The notes: generated from the letters alone by a model not told the origin. Shown: positions 35,492-45,643, counted from the first letter of the stretch. The stretch is DNA of 64,000 nt from Bacteroidales bacterium (GCA_003557725.1 PWNQ01000165.1:690-64689), one strand, 5' to 3'. A program made the numbers and translations.

Positions 35492-38452
35492 TTAGTAGCC
35501 GAATATTCTTCTAAGTTTCACATTGCGTACTCGTCCATACTCTTTAAGCATTTTTCTTTCCACCTCGTCATCTTTTCCAACCACCATAATGGTATGGGGT
35601 TGGTTGCTGATATATTTATTTTGAAAGTCTTTAATATCCTGCAGGGTAAGTTCAGGTACGTGGGTGTAGATATCTCTTCGGATATCGTGTTCCAGTCCGC
35701 GCTTTTCGTTGGCTAAGTAGCTAAACAGGATACTTGACTGGGTGGTGCGTTGAGTGCGCATTTCTTCCAGCAGGCCTTGTTGAGCTCTTTCAAAGGCTCC
35801 TTCTTCCATGGGCATATCATTTTGCAGGTCTCTGAGCCCACCGATATCGTCGTCGATCTTATCGTGGGAGGTGGCAATAAGGGCCAGGTTGGTATGATAG
35901 TCTTCCTTTTTATCCGGGGCCTGAAAAATGGCCATTGCAGTATAAGCCAGAGACCTTCTTTCGCGCATCTCCTGGAACACCAGTGAGCTCATCCCTTGTC
36001 CGAAGTAAGCATTGTACAAGCGGGATACCGGGATAAGGTCCGGGTCGTACTCCACACTTCTGGACAACATGAGGATCATGGACTGGGGGGTGTCAAAGTC
36101 AACAAAGTAGACCATATCTCGTTTGGTTTCCTGTTGCTGGAAGTCTTCAGCATCCACTTCTTTAAGGTCATCGCCCATCTGGTGTTTTAACATCACCAGT
36201 CTGACCACCTCTTCCAGAGGTTGGTCACCATAATACAATACACGGTGTTTGTAGTTCTTCAGGTTATGGAGTATTTCTGTAAGATCTTCGCCATCAAGTC
36301 TCTTTAGTTGCCTCTCCGACAATATATGGGTGGCTGGGTTATCTTTTCCGTACATGCCATAGGTGACCAGGTGACCAAAAACACTTTGTAGGTTCTTTTT
36401 GGCATCTTCACGGGATCTGATGATGTCGCTCACCATTTCCTCCAGGGCCTCTTCGTCGGGTTGTGCATTGTTTAGCAATTCTTCAAATAGCGCCATGGCA
36501 GGTTCAATATTTTCCGACAAGCCGCTAAGCCGTACATAAACCTGGTCGGCACCTGCATTTATGGAATAGGATGCGCCTACCTTATACATTTCTTGTTTAA
36601 ACTCCCTGGCAGACAAAGATTCTGTGCCCAGGTACTCCAGGTAGCTGATGGCGATGGGCAACATTTTGTTGTATGTCCTTCCCATGTCAAAAACATAATA
36701 CAGGTCAAAAGTATTATTTATGGTGTTGGGAGTATAAAGGATCTCTACCCCGTTGGCCAGTTGCTGTTTATCGATGGCTTCATCATAGTTTACAAACTCT
36801 GGCTCAATGGGTTCGGGCTTATCTTCCTTAATCATTTGGAAGTACTCTGATTCTTTATCCCGGTTCATTTCGATGGGTGTGATCCGGGTTTTGTAGATTC
36901 GTTCGATGGTTGTATCTCTTCCTGTTCGCTTATATACCGCCACATAGTTATCACTTAGTTTTTCATTGGCAAATTGCACAATATCTTCTTTAGTGATTTT
37001 TTCCAGGCGATTAATTTTTTCCAGTTCATCTTCCCAGGAGACGCCTCTTACGAAGGCCTGCACGTATTTATTTGCCCTTGCCCTATTGGAGGCAAACCTT
37101 CGTGCCTCTCTATTTTTCAGATCATTGATAACTGCTTCCAATAGCCAGTCGTCAAATTCTCCTTTTTTTATCTTTTCCAGTTCTCCCAGGATCAGTTTTT
37201 TTACTTCTTCCAGCGATTGCCCGTCGCGGGGTCTTCCGGTAAGAATCAGTGTGGAGTAATCTTCCAGTACCATTTGGCTGGTGCTGGCATTCCGCATTCT
37301 TTGTTCCTGGTTCAGGTTCAGGTCAAACAGTCCTGCTTCGCCGTTGGTAAGGATCATATCCGTCATGGTGAGCAGGTCCGCATCTTTGGAGCTGGCTCCG
37401 TCAAACCGGAAGCCCATCATGATTCTCTCTGCATCGGGCCCCCAGACTTCCTTAATAATAGGCTCTTCAAGGGAGGCTTCCGGGGTATAATCAAAATCCG
37501 GCACATCGCCGGCTTCCAGGTGGCCGAATTGCTCATCGATGAGACGAATGGTCTTATCAGGGTCAAAATCACCGGAAAGCGCAATAGCCATATTGTTGGG
37601 CACATAATAGTTTTCATGGAACCAATAGATGTTCTTCATGGATGGATTTTTAATATGCTCTGTAGTTCCTATGGTAGATTGGGTTCCGTAGGTATGCTTT
37701 TGAAACAGCCCTTCCAGCATAGCTGTAAATGCCTTCCGGTCATCGCTGGTTAGGGTCATATTTTTTTCTTCATAAATGGTTTCCAGCTCAGTATGAAATC
37801 CGCGAAGCACCACATTTTCAATCCGGTCTGCTTCCACTTTGAAGAAATTCTCCAGCTGGTTGGAGGGGATATTATTTACATATACGGTTTCTTCCAGGGA
37901 AGTATATGCGTTGGTCCCGGATGCTCCCAGGTGGCTTAAAATACGATCATACTCATTGGGAACACCGTACTTGGATGCTTCATAGGATATGCTGTCGATT
38001 TTGGCGTAAAGTCTCTCACGCTCCGCTTCATCTTCTGTGTTGCGGTATACCTCAAAAAGGTCGGTAACTTCAGCAATAAGAGGCGCTTCTGCTTCGTAGT
38101 TGGTGGTACCGTAATTTTTTGTTCCTTTGAACATCATATGCTCAAAGTAATGTGCTAAGCCAGTGGTTTCCGGTGGGTCATGCTTGCTGCCGGCCCGCAC
38201 CGCAATATAGGTTTGTACACGGGGCTCATCACGGAAAACGGTCATATAAACTTTCAGGCCGTTATCCAACGTGTACAAACGCGTATTTAAGGGGTCTCCT
38301 TCAAAAGTTTGATATTCATACTCTTTCTCTTGTGCTTCTACTTCCTTCTGTGCGTCAGCCTGCACCGGATCTTGTGCAAAAGCCTGAAGCATAAAGAAAA
38401 TTGATATTATCAGACTGGATGATAATATCTTAAAAACTGATTGTGACTTCAT
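35492..38452 (-). CDS. M16 (pitrilysin/insulinase) family zinc peptidase, secreted
   Basis: 986 aa, signal peptide, inverted zinc motif HYFEHMMFKGT (HxxEH). Confidence 0.85.
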   Translation of the reverse strand: MKSQSVFKILSSSLIISIFFMLQAFAQDPVQADAQKEVEAQEKEYEYQTFEGDPLNTRLYTLDNGLKVYMTVFRDEPRVQTYIAVRAGSKHDPPETTGLAHYFEHMMFKGTKNYGTTNYEAEAPLIAEVTDLFEVYRNTEDEAERERLYAKIDSISYEASKYGVPNEYDRILSHLGASGTNAYTSLEETVYVNNIPSNQLENFFKVEADRIENVVLRGFHTELETIYEEKNMTLTSDDRKAFTAMLEGLFQKHTYGTQSTIGTTEHIKNPSMKNIYWFHENYYVPNNMAIALSGDFDPDKTIRLIDEQFGHLEAGDVPDFDYTPEASLEEPIIKEVWGPDAERIMMGFRFDGASSKDADLLTMTDMILTNGEAGLFDLNLNQEQRMRNASTSQMVLEDYSTLILTGRPRDGQSLEEVKKLILGELEKIKKGEFDDWLLEAVINDLKNREARRFASNRARANKYVQAFVRGVSWEDELEKINRLEKITKEDIVQFANEKLSDNYVAVYKRTGRDTTIERIYKTRITPIEMNRDKESEYFQMIKEDKPEPIEPEFVNYDEAIDKQQLANGVEILYTPNTINNTFDLYYVFDMGRTYNKMLPIAISYLEYLGTESLSAREFKQEMYKVGASYSINAGADQVYVRLSGLSENIEPAMALFEELLNNAQPDEEALEEMVSDIIRSREDAKKNLQSVFGHLVTYGMYGKDNPATHILSERQLKRLDGEDLTEILHNLKNYKHRVLYYGDQPLEEVVRLVMLKHQMGDDLKEVDAEDFQQQETKRDMVYFVDFDTPQSMILMLSRSVEYDPDLIPVSRLYNAYFGQGMSSLVFQEMRERRSLAYTAMAIFQAPDKKEDYHTNLALIATSHDKIDDDIGGLRDLQNDMPMEEGAFERAQQGLLEEMRTQRTTQSSILFSYLANEKRGLEHDIRRDIYTHVPELTLQDIKDFQNKYISNQPHTIMVVGKDDEVERKMLKEYGRVRNVKLRRIFGY

Positions 38453-38460
38453 TTTTACTT

Positions 38461-38539
38461 GTGTTTATGGATTATAATTTATTTGTGTTTATGGATTATT
38501 AAGGTTCAGATTATTAAGGTTTAGATTATTAAGGTTCAT
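38461..38539. repeat. short tandem repeats between dnaX and the M16 peptidase gene
   Basis: gtgtttatggattat occurs twice (38461, 38485) and gattattaaggtt(c/t)a three times. Confidence 0.8.
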
Positions 38540-38549
38540 AGCGGATGCT

Positions 38550-40346
38550 TTACTCATATTCCAGATCCAGGGCCTTTCTAAACCCCTGGAAATCCGGGTT
38601 TAATTCGTTCATTTTGTTTAGCTTATCCAAAGATGTAAACGCTTTATTTTCCAGGGGGTTGGATGCTGTATGGGTTTTAATGCGTAATGCCTGGTTTCCT
38701 GTGGCCTGGCGCAGGTAGCGTTGCAGCTCCAAAACGTGTTCCCCCTGGGCAAAAAGTTTGTTGGATAGGGTAATCTCCACGGTGGTATCGCCGGTGATCC
38801 CCGGCTTACATTGCTCCAGGTCTGCCACAAATGTGGGCTTTATGCTTTTCTTTTCATTGATATAGCTTTCCAATCCTTCTGTAAGCTCTTCTATTTTAAG
38901 TTTTTTTATGGGGTGCTGTTCATTACTGTTGTTTTCATCTGGTTGCGGTTGGTCGGTCTTTTCGGTTTCCGGGGCATCTTCTGTAAGCGAGACCGTTGAG
39001 AAGCCCGATGAAAGTCCTTTCAGGCGACCTTTTACTGGGGTATTCTTTTCCTCCTGTTGGTCATGGTGTTTTTCAGGGGTGCTGGTATTTTGGGTTGATG
39101 GTTGGGCGGGGGTTGTGTCTGCCGCCGTTTCCGGGGTTGAGCTTTTCTTTTCTGTGCTTATGGGTTTGTGTTTTTGTGCAGGCACGTTTCCGTCAGCGGG
39201 TTTCAGGGTGGGTTCTTCAGTGGGGTGCTGTTGGTTTGGAGTTTTTTTTTCTGCGTGGGCTGCAGTGCACAGTTGCATCACTGCCAGCTCTACTTGCAGT
39301 CGTTTATTATTTGCTCCCCGGTATGCCAGGTCGGCTTTATTGGTGATCTCGATCATCTCCAGCAGCTTTTCTGTGGGCAGCTGTTGGGCCAATTCCAGGT
39401 ATTTCTTTCGGATGGTTGCCCCGGTTTCCAGCAGGCAGATGGTTTTTTCATCCCGGCAAACCAACATATTGCGAAGGTGTTCGCCCAGGCCAGTAAGAAA
39501 TTGTTGTCCGGCGAACCCTTTTACAGAGATCTCTTCATAGACCAGCAGGGCGTCGTGGATATTGCCTTGAAGAAAGTGGTGGGTGAGGCGAAAGTAGTAA
39601 TCGTAGTCCAGTACATTCAGGTTTTCTGTCACATGCTCGTATGTAATCTCTTTGCCGGCAAAGTTCACCACCTGGTCAAAGATGGAAAGGGCGTCCCGCA
39701 GGGCTCCGTCTGCTTTTTGTGCGATCATCTGAAGGGCTTCCGGCTCGGCAATTACCCCTTCCGACTTTGCAACATCTTCCAGGTGTTCCCGGATCAGGTT
39801 TACGGGGATGCGCTGAAAATCATACGACTGACACCTGGAAAGAATGGTCGGTATGATCTTATGCTTTTCTGTGGTGGCTAAGATGAACTTGGCATAAGAC
39901 GGCGGCTCTTCCAGGGTTTTGAGAAAGGCATTGAATGCGGAGGTGGACAGCATGTGCACCTCATCAATGATGTATACCTTATAGTCTCCTGCCTGGGGGG
40001 GCACACGCACCTGGTCTACCAGGCTGCGGATATCTTCTACGGAGTTATTGGAAGCGGCATCCAGCTCGTGAACGTTAAAAGAGGATGACCGGTTGAATGA
40101 TTCACAGGGCTCACACTGGTTGCATGGCTCCGTATTATCTGTAAGCTCTTTGCAGTTGAGGGCCTTGGCCAGTAAGCGGGCTACCGTGGTCTTTCCCACG
40201 CCCCGCGGACCGCTGAACAAAAACGCCTGTGCCAGATGATTGTTTCTGATGGCATTTTTCAGGGTGCTGGTAATATTGGACTGGCCAACAACCTTGTGAA
40301 ACTGGTCGGGACGATACTTCCTTGCTGATACTACGTACTTTTCCAT
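38550..40346 (-). CDS. dnaX: DNA polymerase III subunits gamma/tau
   Basis: The ATG at 40344-40346 gives MEKYVVSARKYRPDQFHKVVGQ... Walker A GPRGVGKTT, zinc module CNQCEPC, DEVHML, SRC motif. The low-complexity P/T/E-rich C-terminal half is tau-like. Confidence 0.9.
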   Translation of the reverse strand: MEKYVVSARKYRPDQFHKVVGQSNITSTLKNAIRNNHLAQAFLFSGPRGVGKTTVARLLAKALNCKELTDNTEPCNQCEPCESFNRSSSFNVHELDAASNNSVEDIRSLVDQVRVPPQAGDYKVYIIDEVHMLSTSAFNAFLKTLEEPPSYAKFILATTEKHKIIPTILSRCQSYDFQRIPVNLIREHLEDVAKSEGVIAEPEALQMIAQKADGALRDALSIFDQVVNFAGKEITYEHVTENLNVLDYDYYFRLTHHFLQGNIHDALLVYEEISVKGFAGQQFLTGLGEHLRNMLVCRDEKTICLLETGATIRKKYLELAQQLPTEKLLEMIEITNKADLAYRGANNKRLQVELAVMQLCTAAHAEKKTPNQQHPTEEPTLKPADGNVPAQKHKPISTEKKSSTPETAADTTPAQPSTQNTSTPEKHHDQQEEKNTPVKGRLKGLSSGFSTVSLTEDAPETEKTDQPQPDENNSNEQHPIKKLKIEELTEGLESYINEKKSIKPTFVADLEQCKPGITGDTTVEITLSNKLFAQGEHVLELQRYLRQATGNQALRIKTHTASNPLENKAFTSLDKLNKMNELNPDFQGFRKALDLEYE

Positions 40347-40509
40347 ATATAAAGGATTGCGCTGTGAAAGGCACGCCAAAATTACTAAATTCCTAACGGC
40401 TGAACAGGGTTTTTAGTGTTAATTTAGGTTAACCCGGTGCAAGTTGTATGGTAAAATTTTATGAGGCTGGGTTAAAAAGGGTGTTTTTGTTTCTCAGTGC
40501 CTTTATTAC

Positions 40510-40538
40510 CCGGCCCCTAAAGGGTGAAGCCGGACTCA
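40510..40538 (+). repeat. family-1 repeat remnant
   Basis: ccggcccctaaagggtgaagcc is joined directly to the terminal ggactca. Confidence 0.55.
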
Positions 40539-40639
40539 TTAATATACGACGGATAGCACAGGAATAATACTACAGAATACTTGTATGGGTATTGCATAGG
40601 GTTGTGGGGGAGGGGATACCGGATATTTTTATTCAAAAG

Positions 40640-40727
40640 TGGTACCCGGAGCGGGACTTGAACCCGCACGGCCTGTACGGCCAAGGGATTTTAAGTCCCT
40701 CGTGTCTACAAATTCCACCACCCGGGC
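40640..40727 (-). tRNA. tRNA-Leu (anticodon UAA), CCA encoded
   Basis: The reverse complement reads gcccgggtggtggaatttgtagacacgagggacTTAAaatccc...long variable arm...gcgggttcaagtcccgctccgggtacca. Confidence 0.85.
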
Positions 40728-40735
40728 CTGAAGAA

Positions 40736-40766
40736 AAAAACCTCTTTTTTGTCAAGAGGTTTTAAG
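40736..40766 (-). terminator. hairpin plus U-run between the two tRNA genes
   Basis: aacctctt-loop-aagaggtt, with an A7 run on the top strand (U-run on the tRNA strand). Confidence 0.35.
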
Positions 40767-40771
40767 GTTTG

Positions 40772-40844
<73 letters not shown>

Positions 40845-40923
40845 TTGTTGAATATGGCTGCAAATATACATCTAAAAATTAATACGGCGCAAGTTTTTAT
40901 TGGAAAAAAATATCCGCATGGGA

Positions 40924-43548
40924 TTAGGTTTTCTTTTTAGATAACAACTTCTTGATTTCATTCAGTTTCATAAGAGCTTCCACGGGTGTAAGCGTATTAA
41001 TATCCGTATTAAGGATATCTTCTTTGATTTGTTCCACCAGGGGGTCATCCAGTTGGATAAAGCTCAGTTGGAGGTTGTCATCTTTTTGTGCCGCCTGGCT
41101 CACCTCTTTTTTCTTTTGGTCGGGGTTGTGAGCATGTTCCAGCTTTTTCAGTATTTCATTGGCCCGGTCCAGTGTTATTCTGGGCATTCCGGCCATGCGG
41201 GCTACCTGGATGCCAAAGCTATGTTCCGACCCTCCTTTTCTCAGTTTGCGCAGGAAAATAATTTCATTATTGATCTCTTTAACAGAGATATGGAAATTTT
41301 TCATCCGGTTAAACGTTTCCTTCATGTTGTTAAGTTCGTGGTAGTGTGTTGCGAACAATGTCTTTGCTTTAAACAGTGGGTGTTCGTGCAGGTATTCAGC
41401 GATGGCCCATGCGATGGATATTCCGTCATAGGTAGCTGTTCCCCGGCCGATCTCATCCAGGAGGATAAGGCTGCGGCTGGACAGGTTATTGAGGATGCTG
41501 GCTGTTTCGTTCATTTCCACCATAAAGGTAGATTCGCCGGAGGAGATATTGTCGGATGCCCCCACGCGGGTAAATATTTTGTCGACGATGCCCAGGGTGG
41601 CTTTTTTGGCCGGAACAAAGGAGCCCATTTGGGCCATCAGAACGATGAGGGCTGTTTGGCGGAGCAGGGCGGACTTCCCGGACATGTTGGGGCCGGTAAG
41701 GATAATGATCTGCTGGCTTTGGTCGTCCAGAAAGATGTCATTGGGTACATAGTCTTCTTCCAGGGGGAGTTCCTGTTCGATGACCGGGTGGCGCCCGCCT
41801 TTGATATCCAGCTCAAAAGAATCGTTGATCCGGGGGCGCACATAGTGGCTTTCAGCGGCTGACTTGCTGAACGACAGCAGGCAGTCCAGCTCTGCCAGCA
41901 GAGAAGCATTTAGCTGAATGGGCTTAATATACTCGCTTACATTCTCTACCAGAGAATTGTAAATGCGAAGCTCAATATCCGCTATTCGCTCTTTGGCACC
42001 CAAAATCTTCTGTTCATACTCTTTGAGCTCCTGAGTGATATATCGTTCTGCGTTTACCAGGGTTTGCTTTCGTTGCCAATGGGAAGGCACCTTATTCTTA
42101 TGGGTATTGGTAACCTCCAGGTAATATCCGAATATGTTATTAAACCCCACTTTCAGTGAAGGGATTTGGGTTTGTTCTATTTCCCGTTTTTTCATTTCTT
42201 CCAGGAAGTTTTGGTCTGAGCTCAGCAGTGTTCTCAGTTGGTCCAGCTCCTGGTCTACCCCTTTTGCTATGACATTTCCTTTGGTCAGCAGGGCGGGGGG
42301 GTCTTCCACCAGGGCCTTTGCGATGGCTTCTCCAATGCTTTTGCAGGGGTTTAGTTGTTCTCCCATTCGCTTTAGCGGGGCGATGATACTGTTGAGGCAA
42401 GCCTGTTTCAGAGGGTCTGTTTCTGCAAGCCCCCGGTAGATCTGGCGCAGTTCCCTGGGGTTTACCTTTCGGATAGACACCTTGGATATCAGGCGTTCCA
42501 TATCTCCGGAGTTTTTGAGGCAGCGGGTAATGGTTTCACAAAGGTCTTTGGCTTTTATCAGGTGTTCTACCACATCATGGCGGCGGGCGATCCTTTCCGG
42601 GTCTTTCAGGGGTAAGACGATCCATCGCTTAAGCATGCGTGAGCCCATGGGAGAGGTGGTTTGGTCCAGCACCTCCAGCAGTGTGGTGGCGTTTTCGTTG
42701 GCGCTGCTGATCAGTTCCAGGTTGCGGATAGTAAACCGGTCCAGCCAGGTATAACGCTCCTCTTCGATGCGGCTGAGCCGGGAGATATGGCTCACCTTTT
42801 CATGGTGAGTTTCGTGTAAGTAGTGCAGAGCAGCTCCGGCAGCCAGGATCCCTTTTTCATACTCCTCCACACCAAACCCTTTAAGCGAGGTGGTTTCAAA
42901 GTGTGTCAGCAACAGGTCGCGGGTAAAGTCCAGGGTGAAAACCCAGTCCTGGAAAGTGGTGAGGAAGTAATGGTCACCGAACTTTTGGGTAAACTGCGAT
43001 TGTTTGTTCTTTTGGACGATCACTTCGTTGGGCTTAAAGCTTTGAAGGAGTTTATCCACATATTGGTTATTTCCTTCAGCCAGATAAAATTCTCCGGTGG
43101 AGATATCCAGGAAAGATATTCCGGAGATATGGCTGTCCAGGTGGACAGCGGCCAGAAAGTTGTTGCTTTTATTCTCCAGCACGTTGTCGTTGGTGGACAC
43201 TCCGGGGGTTACCAGTTCGGTGATGCCGCGTTTAACAATGGTTTTCGCCATTTTGGGGTCTTCCAACTGGTCGCAAATGGCCACCCGTTCGCCCGCACGC
43301 ACCAGCTTGGGCAGGTAGGTATCCAGAGCATGATAGGGGAACCCGGCCAGGTCAACATAGGAGGCGGCCCCATTGGCCCGCTTGGTTAAGGTGATGCCTA
43401 AAATATTGGCGGTACGAACGGCATCATCACCAAAGGTCTCATAAAAATCACCCACACGAAAAAGCAGCAAAGCATTGGGATGCTTTGCCTTGATATTGTT
43501 ATACTGCTTCATCAGAGGAGTTTCTGTATTCTTGCTTTTTTTTGCCAC
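40924..43548 (-). CDS. mutS: DNA mismatch repair protein MutS
   Basis: 874 aa. TPLMKQY...GDFYETFGDDA N-terminus, Walker A GPNMSGKS, DEIGRGT. The longest ORF starts at GTG (43546-43548); the first ATG is at codon 13. Confidence 0.95.
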   Translation of the reverse strand: MAKKSKNTETPLMKQYNNIKAKHPNALLLFRVGDFYETFGDDAVRTANILGITLTKRANGAASYVDLAGFPYHALDTYLPKLVRAGERVAICDQLEDPKMAKTIVKRGITELVTPGVSTNDNVLENKSNNFLAAVHLDSHISGISFLDISTGEFYLAEGNNQYVDKLLQSFKPNEVIVQKNKQSQFTQKFGDHYFLTTFQDWVFTLDFTRDLLLTHFETTSLKGFGVEEYEKGILAAGAALHYLHETHHEKVSHISRLSRIEEERYTWLDRFTIRNLELISSANENATTLLEVLDQTTSPMGSRMLKRWIVLPLKDPERIARRHDVVEHLIKAKDLCETITRCLKNSGDMERLISKVSIRKVNPRELRQIYRGLAETDPLKQACLNSIIAPLKRMGEQLNPCKSIGEAIAKALVEDPPALLTKGNVIAKGVDQELDQLRTLLSSDQNFLEEMKKREIEQTQIPSLKVGFNNIFGYYLEVTNTHKNKVPSHWQRKQTLVNAERYITQELKEYEQKILGAKERIADIELRIYNSLVENVSEYIKPIQLNASLLAELDCLLSFSKSAAESHYVRPRINDSFELDIKGGRHPVIEQELPLEEDYVPNDIFLDDQSQQIIILTGPNMSGKSALLRQTALIVLMAQMGSFVPAKKATLGIVDKIFTRVGASDNISSGESTFMVEMNETASILNNLSSRSLILLDEIGRGTATYDGISIAWAIAEYLHEHPLFKAKTLFATHYHELNNMKETFNRMKNFHISVKEINNEIIFLRKLRKGGSEHSFGIQVARMAGMPRITLDRANEILKKLEHAHNPDQKKKEVSQAAQKDDNLQLSFIQLDDPLVEQIKEDILNTDINTLTPVEALMKLNEIKKLLSKKKT

Positions 43549-43649
43549 AACAGTTGGATTTTGTCAGACAAAAATAACATGATGATTAGAATCTTTCTAT
43601 TTTCGCCGGATAAGTTTTTAACATTTTATTCTTTTCAAAAAAGGTAATC

Positions 43650-44201
43650 ATGAGAAAGTTGCAGTTGGATGAACTTCAAAGGTTAGACACCGGATCTTTT
43701 CAGCGTGCGCCAAAGGTTCCGTTGGTGGCTGTGTTGGACAATATCCGCAGTAAAAACAATATTGGCTCGGTGTTTCGCACCTCGGATGCTTTTCGCCTGG
43801 AAAGGATTTATCTTTGTGGTATAACGGCTACTCCTCCCGATAAGGAGATACATAAAACGGCTTTGGGTGCCACAGAATCTGTAGCGTGGGAATATATGAA
43901 GGATACGGTGGAGGCGGTAAAGACATTAAAGAAGCAAGGGTATGTGGTTTATGCTGTAGAGCAGTGTCAGTCATCACTAATGCTAAATGACTTCCGTGTT
44001 GAGGATGAAAAGGTGGCGGTGATCTTCGGCCATGAGGTACATGGAGTATCTCAGGGGGTGCTTGACATGTGCGATGGCTGTCTGGAAATACCCCAGTTTG
44101 GTACCAAGCATTCGCTGAATGTGTCTGTTTCCGCCGGGGTGGTTATCTGGGAGTTGTTTTGCCAGATGAGGGGGAAGGCAGGAATTGGCTCCGCACTATA
44201 A
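43650..44201 (+). CDS. TrmH/SpoU family RNA 2'-O-methyltransferase
   Basis: NIGSVFRTSDAF ... VIFGHEVHGV ... IPQFGTKHSLNVSVSAGVVIWE SpoU motifs. Confidence 0.8.
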   Translation: MRKLQLDELQRLDTGSFQRAPKVPLVAVLDNIRSKNNIGSVFRTSDAFRLERIYLCGITATPPDKEIHKTALGATESVAWEYMKDTVEAVKTLKKQGYVVYAVEQCQSSLMLNDFRVEDEKVAVIFGHEVHGVSQGVLDMCDGCLEIPQFGTKHSLNVSVSAGVVIWELFCQMRGKAGIGSAL

Positions 44202-44226
44202 AAGAGGCATAAATGGGGGTGGGTAT

Positions 44227-44262
44227 AAAAAAAGCGGCCGGGAATTTCCCGGCCGCTTTTTT
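44227..44262. terminator. bidirectional rho-independent terminator
   Basis: aaaaaaagcggccggg-aattt-cccggccgctttttt. Confidence 0.65.
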
Positions 44263-44281
44263 ATGTAAAGTGCCATGACTA

Positions 44282-45643
44282 TTAGTCGACCACAAATAAG
44301 TCTACTCTCCGGTTGATGTATAGGGCATCTTCTGCCAGGGGTTTTTCTTCACCCACATACTCAATGGTAATTTTTCCGGCGGCTATTCCGTACTGTTCTG
44401 TCAGTGCTTTTTTGACCGCTTCGGCTCTGCGTTTGCTGAGGTTAATATTATAATCCGGGTTGGCGATCCTGCAAGTTGAGCCCACAAGTTTTATGGATAA
44501 ATTATCATCTTGCTTCATCATCTGCGCTATCCGTGCAATTCTTTTCATGTTTTCGGGAGAGACATAGGTGCTGTTTAGCCCGAAGTACACAGATTCATAT
44601 GCTATTCTGGGGTCAAAGGCTTTGCCAACGCCTGATTCTTTCAGTTCTTCAATTTCTTCGCTATGGTCTGGGATAGTAACTCCTTGCCAGTTCACCAGTG
44701 CGCCGGGTTCGGTATCCGGTTCCAGGTCGTAGGCATCTGCGATGCCGTCGCCGTCGGAATCAGGTCCTTCAAAGCGGGCAATGGCTCTATCGGCTTTTTC
44801 TTCCACTTCGTTCACTTGCTCTGCCAGGGCATGGAGCGCTTCGGTCAGGGAGTCGAGTCTGTCACGGGTTTCCAGGTCTTCAGCCTTCATGGGGTTGTAC
44901 TCCATGGGCACCTGGCGGTCGTTTTTTCCAAAGGTATAAACCAACCCCAGGCTGGTATATCCATACTTGTCGTAGCTCTTGGATAGTGGCCTTACCGTTG
45001 CATCCAGGTCATCCCGGTTTAAGTTGTTGATCATGGCTTCGGCGCTAATGGCCAGATGGTGGCTTAATTTCACACGGAAGCCCAGACCCACACTGATGGA
45101 GCCGGCACTTTGCCTGTCTTCTTCCGTTTCACCGTCATCACTGTATCCTACTGTGCCGACCACATCATCGTTATCATCGCGCAAGATGGTGCGATAAAAG
45201 GGGCCCCCATAGCCCAGAAGGGCATAGGAAGACCATCTCTTCTGTACCGACTCAGGGAAGAGCCAAGTGGTTAAAGAAACTTTGTTCTCAAGGTAAATGT
45301 CCCACAGGTTGGCCTCAAAGGACAACGGGTCGTCCCGGTCTGCATCCTGTGTGGAGCCTAAAGTGGTATAACCACCACGTAAACGCAAAGCATACCAGGG
45401 CGAAAAATGCTTCTCCACTGTGCCGTAAGCTGAAAAAGTAAATTGATCAGCATCCGCAGAAAACGGATAATAATACACGTCGGAAGCAATGTCCCCATAA
45501 AACTGTGATGTCCCAAAATTTAAAGAGACGGTCCAATTGTTTGGCTTTATCATTACGCCGGTCGCCTCCGTGGCTTCCCCTTGCTGGCCCTTCAACGAAA
45601 AGGCAAGGATTAATAGAGGGAGTAAAAGAAATAATTTTTTCAT
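44282..45643 (-). CDS. OmpA family outer-membrane protein (beta-barrel + TSP3 repeat + OmpA C-terminal domain)
   Basis: Signal peptide; DSDGDGIADAYDLEPD calcium-binding repeat; C-terminal ...NLSKRRAEAVKKAL...NRRVDLFV. Confidence 0.85.
   Translation of the reverse strand: MKKLFLLLPLLILAFSLKGQQGEATEATGVMIKPNNWTVSLNFGTSQFYGDIASDVYYYPFSADADQFTFSAYGTVEKHFSPWYALRLRGGYTTLGSTQDADRDDPLSFEANLWDIYLENKVSLTTWLFPESVQKRWSSYALLGYGGPFYRTILRDDNDDVVGTVGYSDDGETEEDRQSAGSISVGLGFRVKLSHHLAISAEAMINNLNRDDLDATVRPLSKSYDKYGYTSLGLVYTFGKNDRQVPMEYNPMKAEDLETRDRLDSLTEALHALAEQVNEVEEKADRAIARFEGPDSDGDGIADAYDLEPDTEPGALVNWQGVTIPDHSEEIEELKESGVGKAFDPRIAYESVYFGLNSTYVSPENMKRIARIAQMMKQDDNLSIKLVGSTCRIANPDYNINLSKRRAEAVKKALTEQYGIAAGKITIEYVGEEKPLAEDALYINRRVDLFVVD

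Noticed and set aside
40380-40640. SRP (4.5S) RNA or another ncRNA upstream of dnaX, as occurs in some Firmicutes.
   Set aside because: I could not find the conserved SRP domain IV motifs on either strand. The region contains only a repeat remnant.
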